Positions 20,956-32,000 of a DNA stretch of 32,000 nt are shown piece after piece; within the stretch, counting starts at the first letter, position 1, and each line of letters opens with the position of its first letter. Location of the stretch: contig NZ_CM001976.1 in the NCBI RefSeq assembly GCF_000406145.1, positions 4,244,082 to 4,276,081 on the forward strand, in the 5' to 3' direction. A program made the position numbers and the translations under genes. Source of the DNA: Dickeya dadantii NCPPB 898. GTDB lineage: Bacteria > Pseudomonadota > Gammaproteobacteria > Enterobacterales > Enterobacteriaceae. The notes beneath the pieces are model-generated. The model did not search any database. It saw only the letters and a list, made by a program, of their open reading frames with translations, and was not told the DNA's origin.

Positions 20956-23900
20956 TCAGTCCGCATCATACCCCAGATTCGGCGCCAGCCAGCGCTCGAT
21001 CTCCTCCACCGGCATTTGCTTGCGAACGGCGTAGTCTTCCACCTGATCGCGCTGGATTTGCGCCACGGCGAAATACTTGCTGTCCGGGTGGCTGAAGTAC
21101 CAGCCGGACACCGACGCGCCCGGCCACATGGCATAAGACTCGGTGAGCGTCATACCGACGGTGTTATCCACGTCCAGCAGTTGCCAGATGGTCGCTTTCT
21201 CGGTGTGATCCGGACAGGCCGGGTAACCCGGCGCCGGGCGGATACCCTGATAGTTTTCGCGGATCAGCTCGTCGTTGCCGAGGTTCTCGTTCGGTGCATA
21301 GCCCCAGTGGACCTTGCGCACCCGCTCGTGCAGGTACTCGGCGAAAGCTTCCGCCAGCCGGTCGGCCAGCGCTTTGAGCATAATCTTGTTGTAGTCGTCG
21401 TGCTGCGCTTCCCATTGTGCGGCCAGTTCGTCCTCTTCCAGCCCGCCGGTCACCGCGAACGCACCGAGGTAATCCGGCTTGCCGCTGGCTTTTGGCGCCA
21501 CAACATCCGCCAGACAGTAGTTGGGAAAATCGGTCTTTTCGGTTTGCTGGCGCAGATGATGGCTGACGGTCAGCACCTCGGTGCGACGCTCGTCGGTATA
21601 GATTTCGATGTCATCGCCCACCCGGTTGGCCGGAAACAGCCCTACGACCCCACGCGGATTCAGCGTGCCGTTGGCTGACAAGGTATCCAGCATGGCGTTA
21701 GCGTCGGCAAACAGACGCTTGGCCTCTTCGCCCACCACCTCGTCTTCAAGAATGTTGGGGTATTTGCCCGCCAGCGACCAGGTCATAAAGAACGGCGTCC
21801 AGTCGATGTAAGTACGCAATGTCTCGATGCCGGCGGAAACCGATTGCACGCCGAGGCGGTGCGCCACCGGCGGCGTATAGCTATCCCAGTCGATCGGCAT
21901 GGCGTTGTCGCGCGCCACGCTCAGCGACACCGGCGGCGTGCGCGGTTTTTTGCGGCCGTGCTGGATACGCACCGTCTCGTATTCTTTGCGGATGCGCGCC
22001 ACAAAGTCGCCGCGTTGGGTATCCGATAACAGCGCCGACACTACGCCCACCGAACGCGACGCATTCTGCACGTATACCGTCGGGCCGCTGTAATTCTGCT
22101 CGATCTTCACCGCGGTGTGCGCCTTGGAGGTGGTGGCGCCGCCGATCAACAACGGCAGCGTAAAACCCTGGCGCTCCATCTCTTTGGCGACGTTGACCAT
22201 TTCGTCCAGCGACGGGGTAATCAACCCCGACAGGCCGATGATATCGACCTTCTCTTCGCGGGCGGTCTTGAGGATCTTGTCGGTCGGCACCATCACGCCT
22301 AAATCGATAATCTCGTAGTTGTTGCACTGCAATACCACGCCGACGATGTTTTTACCGATATCGTGTACGTCGCCCTTCACCGTCGCCAGCAGAATCTTGC
22401 CGGCGCTGGAGCCCTGGTCTTTGCTGGCCTGAATGAACGGTTCCAGATACGCCACCGCCTGCTTCATCACCCGCGCCGACTTCACCACCTGCGGCAGGAA
22501 CATCTTACCGGCGCCGAACAGATCGCCGACCACGTTCATGCCGTCCATCAGCGGCCCTTCGATCACTTCGATCGGGCGGGCTGACTGCGCCCGCGCCTCT
22601 TCGGTGTCCTGCTCGATAAATTCGGTAATGCCTTTGACCAGCGCGTATTCCAGCCGTTTTCTCACCGGCCAGCCGCGCCATTCGGCCTCGGCTTTATTGC
22701 TGTCGTCGTCTGATTTACTACCGCGATACTTCTCGGCAATCGCCAGCATCCGTTCGGTGCCATCGTCGCGCCGGTTGAGAATGACGTCTTCCACCGCGTC
22801 GCGCAGCTCGGCGGGCAAATCGTCGTAGATCGCCAACTGACCGGCGTTGACGATGCCCATGTCCATGCCGTTGCGGATGGCGTAATACAGGAACACGGCG
22901 TGAATCGCCTCGCGCACCGGCTCGTTGCCACGAAACGAGAATGACACGTTGGACACACCGCCGGAAATCATCGCGTGCGGCAGTTGGGCTTTGATGTCGG
23001 CGCAGGCCTCGATAAAGTCCACCGCATAATTATTGTGTTCATCAATACCGGTGGCGACGGCGAAAATGTTCGGGTCGAAAATGATGTCTTCCGGCGGAAA
23101 ACCGACCTCTTCGGTCAGTATGTGGTAGGCGCGGCGGCAAATCTCAATCTTGCGCGCGCGGGTATCCGCCTGCCCCACTTCGTCAAACGCCATCACCACC
23201 ACCGCGGCACCGTAACGGCGCACCAGTCGGGCATGATGCACAAAGGCGTCCACGCCTTCTTTCATGGAGATGGAGTTGACGATGCCTTTGCCCTGAATGC
23301 ACTTCAGCCCGGCTTCCACTACCTCCCACTTGGAGGAGTCGATCATGATCGGCACGCGGGCGATATCCGGCTCGCCGGCGATCAGATTAAGGAAACGCAC
23401 CATCGCCGCTTCGGCGTTGAGCATGCCCTCGTCCATGTTGATGTCGATGACCTGCGCGCCGCTTTCTACCTGCTGACGCGCCACGTCCAGCGCTTCGTTG
23501 TACTTTTCTTCTTTGATCAGGCGTTTGAATTTAGCGGAGCCAGTGACGTTGGTGCGTTCGCCAACGTTAACGAACAGCGTGTCATCGCCGATGTTCAGCG
23601 GTTCCAGCCCGGACAGACGGCAGGCTACCGGCAACGTCGGCAAGGCACGCGGCGCCACGCCGTCAACGGCTTTGACCATCGCGGCGATGTGCTCAGGCGT
23701 GGTGCCGCAGCACCCGCCGATAATATTCAGGAAACCGGACTGCGCCCATTCACCGATTTGACGCGCCATTTCGTCAGCGTCCAGATCGTATTCGCCGAAG
23801 GCATTCGGCAAACCGGCGTTGGGGTGTGCGGTCACATAGCACTCGGCGATGCGCGACAGCTCCGCCACGTACTGACGCAGTTCGTCCGGCCCCAGCGCGC

Positions 23901-24642
23901 AGTTAAGGCCGAACGACAACGGCCGGGCGTGGCGCAACGAGTTATAAAACGCTTCGGTGGTCTGCCCGGATAGGGTTCGGCCGGAGGCGTCGGTAATGGT
24001 GCCGGAGAGCATCACCGGCAGCGTGACGCCCAACGCCTCGAATTCGGTTTCCACCGCGAAAATGGCGGCTTTGGCGTTCAGGGTATCAAAGATGGTTTCG
24101 ATTAGGATGATATCAACGCCGCCTTCAACCAACGCGCGGGTCGATTCGCGGTACGCTTCCACCAGTTGGTCGAAGCTAACATTACGGTACGCCGGGTCGT
24201 TCACGTCCGGCGAGATCGACGCGGTGCGGTTGGTCGGCCCCAGCACCCCGGCGACATAGCGCGGACGCTCCGGCGTGCGTGCCGTCCACTCGTCGGCGCA
24301 GGCGCGCGCCAGCCGGGCAGCGGCGGTATTGATTTCCGCCGACAGCGCTTCCATCTCGTAGTCGGCCATCGCGATGCGGGTGGCGTTGAAGGTGTTGGTT
24401 TCCAGAATATCCGCGCCCGCCGCCAGATAATCGTTATGAATGGCGGTGATCACCTCCGGCTTACTCAGCACCAGCAGGTCATTATTGCCTTTCAGGTCGC
24501 AGTGCCAGTCGGCAAAGCGCTCGCCGCGGTAATCCTCTTCCTGCAGACGGTAACTCTGGATCATGGTGCCCATGCCGCCGTCCAGAATCATAATGCGTTG
24601 CGCCAGTTGCTGCTGTAATGCCTGTAACCGATTTGCCATCAT
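20956..24642 (-). CDS. metH: Cobalamin-dependent methionine synthase
   Basis: About 1228 aa from the ATG at 24642 ([29 protein letters not shown]...). It is colinear with E. coli MetH through all four modules, and the B12 motif [11 protein letters not shown] is present. The 36 upstream codons in the track are an extension. Confidence 0.96.
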   Translation of the reverse strand: MMANRLQALQQQLAQRIMILDGGMGTMIQSYRLQEEDYRGERFADWHCDLKGNNDLLVLSKPEVITAIHNDYLAAGADILETNTFNATRIAMADYEMEALSAEINTAAARLARACADEWTARTPERPRYVAGVLGPTNRTASISPDVNDPAYRNVSFDQLVEAYRESTRALVEGGVDIILIETIFDTLNAKAAIFAVETEFEALGVTLPVMLSGTITDASGRTLSGQTTEAFYNSLRHARPLSFGLNCALGPDELRQYVAELSRIAECYVTAHPNAGLPNAFGEYDLDADEMARQIGEWAQSGFLNIIGGCCGTTPEHIAAMVKAVDGVAPRALPTLPVACRLSGLEPLNIGDDTLFVNVGERTNVTGSAKFKRLIKEEKYNEALDVARQQVESGAQVIDINMDEGMLNAEAAMVRFLNLIAGEPDIARVPIMIDSSKWEVVEAGLKCIQGKGIVNSISMKEGVDAFVHHARLVRRYGAAVVVMAFDEVGQADTRARKIEICRRAYHILTEEVGFPPEDIIFDPNIFAVATGIDEHNNYAVDFIEACADIKAQLPHAMISGGVSNVSFSFRGNEPVREAIHAVFLYYAIRNGMDMGIVNAGQLAIYDDLPAELRDAVEDVILNRRDDGTERMLAIAEKYRGSKSDDDSNKAEAEWRGWPVRKRLEYALVKGITEFIEQDTEEARAQSARPIEVIEGPLMDGMNVVGDLFGAGKMFLPQVVKSARVMKQAVAYLEPFIQASKDQGSSAGKILLATVKGDVHDIGKNIVGVVLQCNNYEIIDLGVMVPTDKILKTAREEKVDIIGLSGLITPSLDEMVNVAKEMERQGFTLPLLIGGATTSKAHTAVKIEQNYSGPTVYVQNASRSVGVVSALLSDTQRGDFVARIRKEYETVRIQHGRKKPRTPPVSLSVARDNAMPIDWDSYTPPVAHRLGVQSVSAGIETLRTYIDWTPFFMTWSLAGKYPNILEDEVVGEEAKRLFADANAMLDTLSANGTLNPRGVVGLFPANRVGDDIEIYTDERRTEVLTVSHHLRQQTEKTDFPNYCLADVVAPKASGKPDYLGAFAVTGGLEEDELAAQWEAQHDDYNKIMLKALADRLAEAFAEYLHERVRKVHWGYAPNENLGNDELIRENYQGIRPAPGYPACPDHTEKATIWQLLDVDNTVGMTLTESYAMWPGASVSGWYFSHPDSKYFAVAQIQRDQVEDYAVRKQMPVEEIERWLAPNLGYDAD

Positions 24643-24765
24643 CTTATTCTCGTTATCACCCTCGTCTGTGCGAACCTTTATCCTAGCACAACAGCCCGCC
24701 GCGCCAGCGCAGTACGCTGTTGATAAAACCGCCTGACAAGACGGTTGCATTCTGCGCTAAAAAAA

Positions 24766-24780
24766 CGAAAATCGATTCCA
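24766..24780 (+). promoter_or_regulatory. IclR box in the iclR promoter (autoregulation)
   Basis: CGAAAATCGATTCCA resembles the IclR consensus TGGAAATnATTTCCA and the E. coli iclR operator (TGAAAATGATTTCCA, from memory). It lies 24 nt upstream of the iclR ATG. Confidence 0.55.
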
Positions 24781-24803
24781 TGATATGAAAAAGGAAATCG
24801 ACG

Positions 24804-25634
24804 ATGACACCACCCGAAGCCGCCAAACGCGGCAAAAAACCCCGCGCTGCCGGCGCCAGCCCCGCTCAGCCTGCCGGGCAGGTACAGTCGCTGACACGCG
24901 GGCTGACGCTGCTGGAATACATCGCCAAAGCCAACGGCAGCATCGCGCTGACCGATCTGGCTCAACAGGCGGGCTTGCCCAACTCCACCACCCACCGGTT
25001 ACTGACTACCATGCAACAGCAGGGGTTCGTGCGCCAGGTCGGCGATTTGGGATTGTGGACCATCGGCACCCATGCTTTTATCGTCGGCAGCAGCTTTCTG
25101 CAAAGCCGTAATCTGCTCAGTCTGGTGCACCCGATGTTGCGTCAGTTGATGGAGAGTTCCGGAGAGACGGTGAATCTGGCGGTGCTGGATCAGAGTGATT
25201 ATCAGGCCATTATCATCGATCAGGTGCAGTGTACCGCGTTGATGCGCATGTCCGCGCCGATCGGCGGCAAACTGCCGATGCACGCGTCCGGCGCCGGCAA
25301 AGCGTTCCTCGCCATGCTACCGGACGACAACATCACCCAACTGCTGCACCGCAAAGGGCTGCATAGCTATACCCCGCATACCCTCAGTGCCCAGACGCTA
25401 AAGGAAAACCTGACCAGCATTCGCCGCCAGGGCTACGCGCTGGACGATGAAGAGCACGCGCTGGGCCTGCGCTGCGTCGCCGCCTGCATTCTGGACGAAC
25501 ACCACGAGGCGTTTGCCGCCATCTCCATTTCCGGTCCGGTATCCCGCATCACCGACGATCGCATCACCGAACTGGGCGCGCTGGTGATCAAGGCGGCGAA
25601 AGAGATTACCTACCAGTACGGCGGCGCGCGCTGA
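24804..25634 (+). CDS. iclR: Glyoxylate-bypass operon repressor
   Basis: 276 aa. QVQSLTRGL.LLE.IA..NGS.ALT.LAQQAGLPNSTTHRLLTTMQQQGFVRQ is near-identical to E. coli IclR. Confidence 0.96.
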   Translation: MTPPEAAKRGKKPRAAGASPAQPAGQVQSLTRGLTLLEYIAKANGSIALTDLAQQAGLPNSTTHRLLTTMQQQGFVRQVGDLGLWTIGTHAFIVGSSFLQSRNLLSLVHPMLRQLMESSGETVNLAVLDQSDYQAIIIDQVQCTALMRMSAPIGGKLPMHASGAGKAFLAMLPDDNITQLLHRKGLHSYTPHTLSAQTLKENLTSIRRQGYALDDEEHALGLRCVAACILDEHHEAFAAISISGPVSRITDDRITELGALVIKAAKEITYQYGGAR

Positions 25635-25643
25635 TCGCCGGCG

Positions 25644-27401
25644 TCATGACGTCAGCGCGCCCGCTGACGTTACCGGGTCGGCATAACGTAAGCTGAAGCG
25701 CTTTCTGCGCCGGTAAGCGTAGACATCCTCAATATAGCCGTCGCGGATTCGCTGCTGCAACGCCCGCCAGTATTCGGCCCGAAACAGGTCGTTGTGCAGC
25801 TCTTCAAACAGCGGCAGCAAGCGGCGATCGCTGCACAGAAACTGGCGGAACTCTTCCGGAAACACATCATTCGGCCCGACGCTGTACCAGGGCTCCGCCG
25901 CCAGTTCGTCCGCCGGGTCGCGGGGCGGCGGGATGTCGCGGAAATTCACCTCGGTCATGTAGCAGATTTCGTCGTAGTCATAAAACACCACCCGGCCGTG
26001 GCGAGTGACGCCGAAGTTCTTGAACAGCATATCGCCGGGAAAGATATTGGCCGCCGCCAGTTGCCGGATGGCGTTGCCGTACTCGTCGATGACATCGCGC
26101 AGCGCCTGCCCGTCGACCTGTTCCAGATAGAGATTCAGCGGCGTCATGCGCCGTTCCATGTACAGATGGCGGATCACCAGCCGGTCGCCGAGATCTTCCA
26201 GCTTATCCGGCACCTCCCGCCGCAGTTCCGCCAGCAATTCCGGGCTGATGCGCGCTTTCTCCAGCACGAAGTTTTCATACTCCTGGGTGTCCGCCATGCG
26301 CCCGACGCGGTCATGCTCCTTCACCAGCCGGTAGCACTCCCGCACCCGCGCCTCGCTGACCTCTTTTTGCGGCGCAAACCGATCCTTGATCACCTTGAAC
26401 ACCCGGTCGAAGGTCGGCAGTGTGAACACCAACATCACCATTCCTTTCACCCCCGGCGCGGTAATAAACGGTTCCTGCGTACCGGCGATGAAATCAAGGT
26501 ACTCCCGGTAGTACTCGGTCTTGCTGTGTTTCTGGCAGCCGATCGCCAGATACAGCTCCGCGGTGGTCTTACCCGGCAAAATCTCCCGCAGCCAGGCCAC
26601 CAGCGCCGACGGCAGCGGCGCGTAAACCATGAAGTAGGAACGGGCGAAGCCAAACACGATGCTGGCATCCGCATGGCGGGTCAGGCAGGTATCGATAAAC
26701 AGCGCGCCGCGCTCGTTGTGGTGAATCGGCAGCAAAAACGGAAACACGCCGCCCGGCAAACGCAGTTTTCCCACCAGCCAGGCCGCCTTGTTACGGTAAA
26801 ACAGCTCGTTCGCCACCTGCAACGAGGCGTTCGCCAGCGACGCCGCCGGGAACGCTTCCCGCAACGACCGCACCACATAACCGATGTCCCGCGTCAGGTT
26901 TTCCCACGGCAACCGCAGCGGCAAGGCGGTCAGCACCGCTTCCAGCATCGCGGGCCAGCCGCCGTCGGGCTGGTAAGTCCGAGCCAGCGGACGCGGGATT
27001 TCCTGAAAGCGTCGCGCCGGCTGCGAACTGAACACGAACAGTTTGTCCGGCGTCAGCTCACGGTGATTAAACAGCCGGCAATACACCGAGTTGAAAAAGC
27101 TCTCCGCAATTTCGAAGCGCGGATAGTCCGGCAACAGCGCGGTATAAATCTGTTTGACCCGCGCGACAAACGCTGCGTCGTAACACTGCCGGTCGGTGAT
27201 GCAGCCCAGCTGTTCCACCACCAGCCCGACATGATGGTCGTAAAGCTGGATACGCTGCTTCATCGCCTGCTGCACCGCGTGCCAGTCCGCCTGCTCGAAG
27301 CGCTGCTGTGCCCCGGCAGTCACCTCCAGAAACCGGCCGTACTGCGCATCGAACCCTTGCAGAATGGTCTGCGCCACCAGTTGTTCCCGTCCCCGACTCA
27401 T
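25644..27401 (-). CDS. aceK: Isocitrate dehydrogenase kinase/phosphatase
   Basis: 585 aa, colinear with E. coli AceK ([19 protein letters not shown] ... [23 protein letters not shown]). The RBS is GAGGAGAG. Confidence 0.96.
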   Translation of the reverse strand: MSRGREQLVAQTILQGFDAQYGRFLEVTAGAQQRFEQADWHAVQQAMKQRIQLYDHHVGLVVEQLGCITDRQCYDAAFVARVKQIYTALLPDYPRFEIAESFFNSVYCRLFNHRELTPDKLFVFSSQPARRFQEIPRPLARTYQPDGGWPAMLEAVLTALPLRLPWENLTRDIGYVVRSLREAFPAASLANASLQVANELFYRNKAAWLVGKLRLPGGVFPFLLPIHHNERGALFIDTCLTRHADASIVFGFARSYFMVYAPLPSALVAWLREILPGKTTAELYLAIGCQKHSKTEYYREYLDFIAGTQEPFITAPGVKGMVMLVFTLPTFDRVFKVIKDRFAPQKEVSEARVRECYRLVKEHDRVGRMADTQEYENFVLEKARISPELLAELRREVPDKLEDLGDRLVIRHLYMERRMTPLNLYLEQVDGQALRDVIDEYGNAIRQLAAANIFPGDMLFKNFGVTRHGRVVFYDYDEICYMTEVNFRDIPPPRDPADELAAEPWYSVGPNDVFPEEFRQFLCSDRRLLPLFEELHNDLFRAEYWRALQQRIRDGYIEDVYAYRRRKRFSLRYADPVTSAGALTS

Positions 27402-27436
27402 CCATCTCTCCTCTAACGCCGTCGACTTAACGTAAT

Positions 27437-27459
27437 GCGGCCAGCATCAGGCTGGCCGC
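27437..27459 (-). other. Intercistronic stem-loop between aceA and aceK
   Basis: Perfect 9-bp stem GCGGCCAGC atcag GCTGGCCGC inside the 75-nt aceA-aceK spacer. Confidence 0.7.
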
Positions 27460-27476
27460 TTCATCGTATGGAGGAT

Positions 27477-28784
27477 TCAGAACTGCTGTTCCTCCGTCGA
27501 ACCGGTCAACGCGGTGACGGACGACGCGCCGCCCTGAATCAGGGTGGTCACCTTGTCGAAATAACCGGTGCCCACCTCCTGCTGGTGAGACGAGAAGGTA
27601 TACCCTTGTTTAATGGCCGCAAATTCCGGCTGCTGTACTTTCTCCACGTAGTGCTTCATGCCTTCGCCCTGCGCATAAGCATGCGCCAGGTCGAACATGT
27701 TGAACCACATGCTGTGGATACCCGCCAGCGTGATGAACTGGTATTTGTAGCCCATCTCCGACAGTTCATCCTGAAAACGGGCGATGGTGCGATCGTCCAG
27801 ATTCTTCTTCCAGTTGAATGACGGCGAGCAGTTGTAGGCCAGCAGCTTGCCGGGAAAACAGGCGTGAATCGCCTCGGCGAAACGCCGCGCCAACGCCAGG
27901 TCGGGCGTTGAGGTTTCACACCACACCAGATCGGCGTAAGGCGCGTACGCCAGCCCGCGGCTGATCGCCTGCTCCACCCCGGCGCGGGTACGGTAAAACC
28001 CTTCCACCGTGCGTTCGCCGGTAACGAAGTCTCGGTCGTAATCATCACAATCCGAGGTCAGCAAGTCGGCAGCGTCGGCGTCGGTACGCGCCACCAGCAA
28101 GGTCGGTACGCCCAGCACGTCCGCCGCCAGCCGGGCCGCTACCAGTTTCTGCACTGCTTCCTGCGTCGGCACCAGCACCTTGCCGCCCATATGGCCGCAC
28201 TTCTTCACCGACGCCAGTTGGTCTTCAAAATGGACGGCGGCGGCGCCCGCTTCAATCATCGATTTCATCAGCTCAAACGCATTCAACACCCCGCCGAAAC
28301 CGGCTTCCGCATCCGCCACGATCGGCAAAAAGTAGTCGGTGTAACGTGGGTCATCCTGCCCGATGCCGTTGGCCCACTGGATTTGATCCGCCCGCCGGAA
28401 AGTATTGTTGATACGCTGCACTACCTCTGGCACCGAGTTGGACGGATAGAGCGACTGATCCGGGTACATGCTGGCGGCCAGGTTGGCGTCCGCCGCCACC
28501 TGCCAGCCGGACAGATACACCGCCTCCAGCCCGGCTTTCGCCTGCTGCAACGCCTGCCCGCCGGTCAACGCGCCAAGGCAGTTGACGTAGCCTTTGCGCG
28601 ACTTACCGTTCAACAGCTTCCACAGCTTTTCCGCGCCCAGTTGCGCCAGCGTACAGGCGGGGTTCACCGACCCGCGCAGATTCACCACGTCTTCCGCGCG
28701 GTACGGGCGGGTAATGCCTTTCCAGCGCGGCGTGTTCCACTCTTGTTCCAGTTGCTCGATTTGTTGGGTACGAGAGGTGCTCAT
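27477..28784 (-). CDS. aceA: Isocitrate lyase
   Basis: 435 aa. The active-site motif is KKCGHMGGK, and the C-terminus is [12 protein letters not shown] as in E. coli AceA. Confidence 0.97.
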   Translation of the reverse strand: MSTSRTQQIEQLEQEWNTPRWKGITRPYRAEDVVNLRGSVNPACTLAQLGAEKLWKLLNGKSRKGYVNCLGALTGGQALQQAKAGLEAVYLSGWQVAADANLAASMYPDQSLYPSNSVPEVVQRINNTFRRADQIQWANGIGQDDPRYTDYFLPIVADAEAGFGGVLNAFELMKSMIEAGAAAVHFEDQLASVKKCGHMGGKVLVPTQEAVQKLVAARLAADVLGVPTLLVARTDADAADLLTSDCDDYDRDFVTGERTVEGFYRTRAGVEQAISRGLAYAPYADLVWCETSTPDLALARRFAEAIHACFPGKLLAYNCSPSFNWKKNLDDRTIARFQDELSEMGYKYQFITLAGIHSMWFNMFDLAHAYAQGEGMKHYVEKVQQPEFAAIKQGYTFSSHQQEVGTGYFDKVTTLIQGGASSVTALTGSTEEQQF

Positions 28785-28807
28785 AGCGATTCCTTTTTTA
28801 AACAGGA

Positions 28808-30406
28808 TTAATCAAGTAAGTCGTAACCGGGTAAGGTGAGGAAATCGATTAATGCGTCCTGCGTGGTGATGCGTTCCATCAGTCGGGCGGCTTCCTCGAA
28901 GCGGCCGCCGTCGAAGCGGGCGTCGCCCAGCTCAACACGGATAACCTGCATCTCTTCGGCCAGCATCTGGCGAAATAGCGCCTTGGTCACCACCCGACCG
29001 TCACTGAGGGTTTTGCCGTGGTGGATCCACTGCCAGATCGAGGTACGGGAGATTTCGGCGGTGGCGGCATCCTCCATCAGCCCGTAAATCGGCACACAGC
29101 CGTTGCCGGAAATCCAGGCTTCGATGTATTGCACCGCCACGCGGATATTGGCGCGCATACCGGCTTCGGTGCGTTCTCCCGGACAAGGTGCCAGCAGTTC
29201 GTCGGCGGTCGCCGCCGCATCGTCTTCGCGCAACATATCCAGTTGATTGGGACGATCGCCCAGCAGGCGATCGAACACCGGCATCACCGTGTCGGCCAGG
29301 CCGGGATGGGCGATCCAGGTGCCGTCATGACCATTGCGGGCCTCCAGCTCCTTGTCCTGCCGCACTTTCTCCTGCACCCAGGCGTTGCGCTCCACGTCTT
29401 TGCTGGGAATGAACGCGGCCATCCCGCCCATCGCAAACGCGCCGCGCCGATGACAGGTTTTGATCAGCAAACGTGAATAGGCATTCAGAAACGGTTTGTC
29501 CATGGTCACCGACTGGCGATCCGGCAATACCCGGTCCGGATGATTTTTCAAAGTCTTGATGTAGCTGAAGATATAGTCCCAACGACCGCAGTTCAGCCCG
29601 ACGATGTGGTCACGCAGGTGATAAAGAATTTCGTCCATCTGGAACACGGCGGGCAGGGTTTCAATCAGGATGGTGGCTTTGATGGTGCCGCGCGTCAGGC
29701 CAAAATGGTCCTCGGTGTAACTGAATACCTCACCCCACCAGGCGGCTTCCTGCCAGGACTGGGTTTTCGGCAGGTAGAAATAGGGGCCGCTGCCTTTTGC
29801 CAGCAGTTGACGGTAGTTGTGGAAAAAATAGAGTGCGAAATCGAACAGGCTGCCAGGGATAGGCTCATCGCGCCACAACACGTGTTTTTCCGGCAGGTGC
29901 AAACCGCGTACCCGGCAGATCAACACCGCCGGGTCGGGTTTGAGCTGATAAATCTTTCCCGTCTCGCTGGTATAAGTGATGGTGCCGCGTACCGCATCCC
30001 GCAAGTTGATTTGCCCCTCAATCACTTTCGACCAACTGGGCGCCAGTGAATCTTCAAAGTCCGCCATAAAGACTTTCACGTTGGCATTCAGGGCATTAAT
30101 CACCATTTTTCGTTCCACCGGGCCGGTAATCTCTACCCGGCGATCCAGCAGATCGGCTGGAATGCCACGCACCTTCCAGTCGGCTCTCCTTATGGAATTC
30201 GTTTCCGAAATAAAATTGGGTAATTCTCCGTTATCAATGCGCGCCTGTACCGCCTGACGTTCCGCCAGTAAGCGGTTACGCTGCGGGGTGAACCGGCTGA
30301 CCAGCATCGTGAGAAAATCCACCGCCTCTGCCGTCAAAATCTGCCGTTCTTCCTCGCCAAATACGGCGGTAAACGCCAATTCCCTGCTTATCGTCTGTTG
30401 TGTCAT
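28808..30406 (-). CDS. aceB: Malate synthase A
   Basis: 532 aa from the ATG at 30406 ([13 protein letters not shown]...; AGGA 8 nt upstream), colinear with E. coli AceB. The 19 upstream codons in the track are an extension. Confidence 0.96.
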   Translation of the reverse strand: MTQQTISRELAFTAVFGEEERQILTAEAVDFLTMLVSRFTPQRNRLLAERQAVQARIDNGELPNFISETNSIRRADWKVRGIPADLLDRRVEITGPVERKMVINALNANVKVFMADFEDSLAPSWSKVIEGQINLRDAVRGTITYTSETGKIYQLKPDPAVLICRVRGLHLPEKHVLWRDEPIPGSLFDFALYFFHNYRQLLAKGSGPYFYLPKTQSWQEAAWWGEVFSYTEDHFGLTRGTIKATILIETLPAVFQMDEILYHLRDHIVGLNCGRWDYIFSYIKTLKNHPDRVLPDRQSVTMDKPFLNAYSRLLIKTCHRRGAFAMGGMAAFIPSKDVERNAWVQEKVRQDKELEARNGHDGTWIAHPGLADTVMPVFDRLLGDRPNQLDMLREDDAAATADELLAPCPGERTEAGMRANIRVAVQYIEAWISGNGCVPIYGLMEDAATAEISRTSIWQWIHHGKTLSDGRVVTKALFRQMLAEEMQVIRVELGDARFDGGRFEEAARLMERITTQDALIDFLTLPGYDLLD

Positions 30407-30510
30407 GTCGTATTTCCTATTCCGCTGTCTTCGCCTGATCGGTTGTTCAATCTGTGAGCTCAACCCGAACGTTTTTCAGCCAACAGAACTAAGCCTAATC
30501 CAATAAAATT

Positions 30511-30536
30511 AAAAATCAAAAACAATTTCCATTTTT
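30511..30536 (-). promoter_or_regulatory. IclR operator in the aceBAK promoter
   Basis: The minus strand reads AAAAATGGAAATTGTTTTTGATTTTT. This is essentially the E. coli aceB IclR box ATGGAAATTGTTTTTGATTTT as I recall it. Confidence 0.6.
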
Positions 30537-30591
30537 AATTTTAATTAAACTCAAGCACATGATTAATTTAAAATTAAAGTTATACGGAATA

Positions 30592-30606
30592 GAGAAATAC
30601 ATTCCA
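30592..30606. promoter_or_regulatory. Second, distal IclR-like box upstream of aceB
   Basis: GAGAAATACATTCCA matches TGGAAATnATTTCCA at 10 of 14 defined positions. It sits inside the inverted repeat GGAAT-N11-ATTCC, about 190 nt upstream of the aceB ATG. Confidence 0.35.
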
Positions 30607-30658
30607 TGAATCAACAAGGAGAAGAAGTCGCGACGTATCCGCAGGCTGCAGCTCAGCA

Positions 30659-30687
30659 GGAAAAAGAAAAGGCGCCATAAGGCGCCT
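30659..30687 (-). terminator. metA rho-independent terminator
   Basis: The minus strand reads AGGCGCC ttat GGCGCCT followed by TTTTCTTTTT. Confidence 0.85.
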
Positions 30688-30711
30688 GATGGGAGAGAAC
30701 GAGAGGAAAAA

Positions 30712-31641
30712 TCAATCCAGCGTAGGATTCATATGACGCAAATCGAACGGCGTGATCTGGTAAACGTAGTAATTCAACCAGTTGGAAAACAGCAGATGGC
30801 CGTGGCTACGCCAGGTCGCCCGCGGCGTTTTCTGAGGGTTATCCCCCGGGAAGTAGTTCACCGGGATCACCGGATTAAGGCCGGCATCACAGTCACGGAA
30901 ATACTCGCTCGCCAGCGTCAGCGCGTCGTACTCTGGGTGCCCGGTCACAAACGCCAGCCGCTTATCCTTGCTGGCAAACAGGTAGGCTCCAGCTTCCTCG
31001 GACTCCACCAGAATATCCAGATCGGTGTGTTCACGAATCACATCGGAAGGGAAATCCGCATAACGGGAATGTGGGGCCAGAAAGGTTTCGTCAAAACCAC
31101 GTGTCAACGGGGCATGCGGCTGCAGCGTATGGTGTGAATACACGCCGGATAATTTCACGTCACGGGTCAACTTGGGGATGCCGTACAACACATTCAACGC
31201 CGCCTGCACTGCCCAACACACAAACAGTGTAGAAGTGACATGCTCTTTGGCCCAGTTAACCACCCGCTCGATCTGCGGCCAATACACCACATCGCAAAAA
31301 TCCACCAGCCCCAGCGGGGCGCCGGTCACGATCAAACCATCAAAGTTCTCGTGCTCGATATCTTCAAAATCGCAGTAAAAATTGTTGAGGTGCTCCGCCG
31401 GCGTGTTCTTCGATTCCCGGCTATCGATTCGCAACAACTGAATATCCACCTGCAGTGGCGAGTTCGACAACAGCCGTAGGAACTGGTTTTCCGTTTCGAT
31501 TTTCTTTGGCATCAGGTTAAGTACCAGTACCTTCAACGGACGAATTTCCTGCGTTCTGGCTCGGGAAGACGCCATCACAAAGACGTTTTCATTGCGCAAG
31601 AAGCTGACAGCCGGCAACTCATCAGGAACCCGAATTGGCAT
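30712..31641 (-). CDS. metA: Homoserine O-succinyltransferase
   Basis: 309 aa from the ATG at 31641 ([23 protein letters not shown]...), the same length and N-terminus as E. coli MetA. The 5 upstream codons in the track are an extension. Confidence 0.96.
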   Translation of the reverse strand: MPIRVPDELPAVSFLRNENVFVMASSRARTQEIRPLKVLVLNLMPKKIETENQFLRLLSNSPLQVDIQLLRIDSRESKNTPAEHLNNFYCDFEDIEHENFDGLIVTGAPLGLVDFCDVVYWPQIERVVNWAKEHVTSTLFVCWAVQAALNVLYGIPKLTRDVKLSGVYSHHTLQPHAPLTRGFDETFLAPHSRYADFPSDVIREHTDLDILVESEEAGAYLFASKDKRLAFVTGHPEYDALTLASEYFRDCDAGLNPVIPVNYFPGDNPQKTPRATWRSHGHLLFSNWLNYYVYQITPFDLRHMNPTLD

Positions 31642-31659
31642 AACCTTACACCTCACTGC

Positions 31660-31691
31660 ATACGTTTATACGTTTATACGTTTAGCCTTCT
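31660..31691 (-). promoter_or_regulatory. MetJ operator: four tandem 8-bp metboxes
   Basis: The minus strand reads AGAAGGCT AAACGTAT AAACGTAT AAACGTAT. Each box matches the metbox consensus AGACGTCT at 6 of 8 positions. The array lies 19-50 nt upstream of the metA ATG. Confidence 0.65.
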
Positions 31692-32000
31692 AGGCTGCCG
31701 AAGATAGCGACTTTCCAGCGCAATGTCGAGCACATAACCGTCTGGTTGAAAATCTTTCATCAGAAATCAGATTTGTATATCCATTTTTAGCATAAGAATT
31801 ACACAGTATGACGCAAAGCGAGATGATTATTCTGTTGATGCCGAGTGATAAAAACCGCAGAGAGAGGGGAATAAAGAGAAGGCCTTGCAGGGAAAAAGCG
31901 ACAGGCACAGCGCAGGCGCGCGACACAACGCCGGGGAGAGCACAGGACCGGACCGGCCCGGACCGTAAAACCGCACACCGGGCCGCCGCCTGCCCTGACC

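Noticed and set aside
30606-30680. 24-codon ORF (MNQQGEEVATYPQAAAQQEKEKAP) on the + strand between the metA terminator and the aceB promoter.
   Set aside because: It has no credible Shine-Dalgarno. Its start overlaps the putative distal IclR box, and it ends inside the metA terminator stem. The sequence is hydrophilic and low-complexity. Most likely it is a chance ORF; only ribosome profiling could rescue it.
31690-31926. 78-aa ORF on the minus strand upstream of metA.
   Set aside because: It lies in the AT-rich metA promoter region, overlaps the distal end of the metbox array, and has no RBS or recognisable motif.
31930-32000. GC-rich tract with short GGACC-type repeats (ggaccggaccggcccggaccg) at the window edge.
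   Set aside because: It is too short and truncated to interpret, and could belong to a neighbouring gene or repeat outside the window. It shows no tRNA-like or terminator structure that I can support.

Overview
No novel multi-gene system is supported in this window. I found no mobile element, CRISPR array, tRNA/rRNA gene, defence island or biosynthetic cluster. It is a densely packed core-genome segment of a fairly GC-rich Enterobacterales chromosome. Gene content, and my recollection of E. coli K-12 gene order, suggest a Pectobacteriaceae/Dickeya-like organism; that is inference only.

Gene order: mscM (5'-truncated) | epmA | frdABCD | blc | DUF486 membrane protein | efp | epmB | yjeI-like lipoprotein | secreted GH26 mannanase | pgi | lysine riboswitch-lysC | soluble MCP-like protein | yjbB | DASS anion transporter | metH | iclR | aceK-aceA-aceB | metA.

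Almost every large ORF is colinear with a well-known E. coli protein. The many long ORFs on the opposite strands are GC-driven antisense artefacts. Several ORF-track starts are too far upstream and are corrected in the feature list (epmA, frdD, DUF486, yjeI, GH26, pgi, metH, aceB, metA).

Recognisable regulatory elements:
- an FNR-type frd promoter
- the lysC L-box riboswitch
- IclR boxes at iclR and aceB
- a MetJ metbox array at metA
- hairpin terminators at nearly every convergent junction

The most unusual items are single accessory genes and small intergenic structures:
1. A TM-less protein with only a minimal chemoreceptor hairpin-tip at its N-terminus and a sensor-like domain at its C-terminus.
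2. Two independent 3 x 16-bp tandem repeat arrays in the pgi-lysC divergent region. One triplicates the lysC -35 box; the other lies in the pgi leader.
3. A perfect 2 x 11-bp Pho-box-like direct repeat between yjbB and the DASS transporter.
4. A lone secreted GH26 gene at what looks like a synteny junction.
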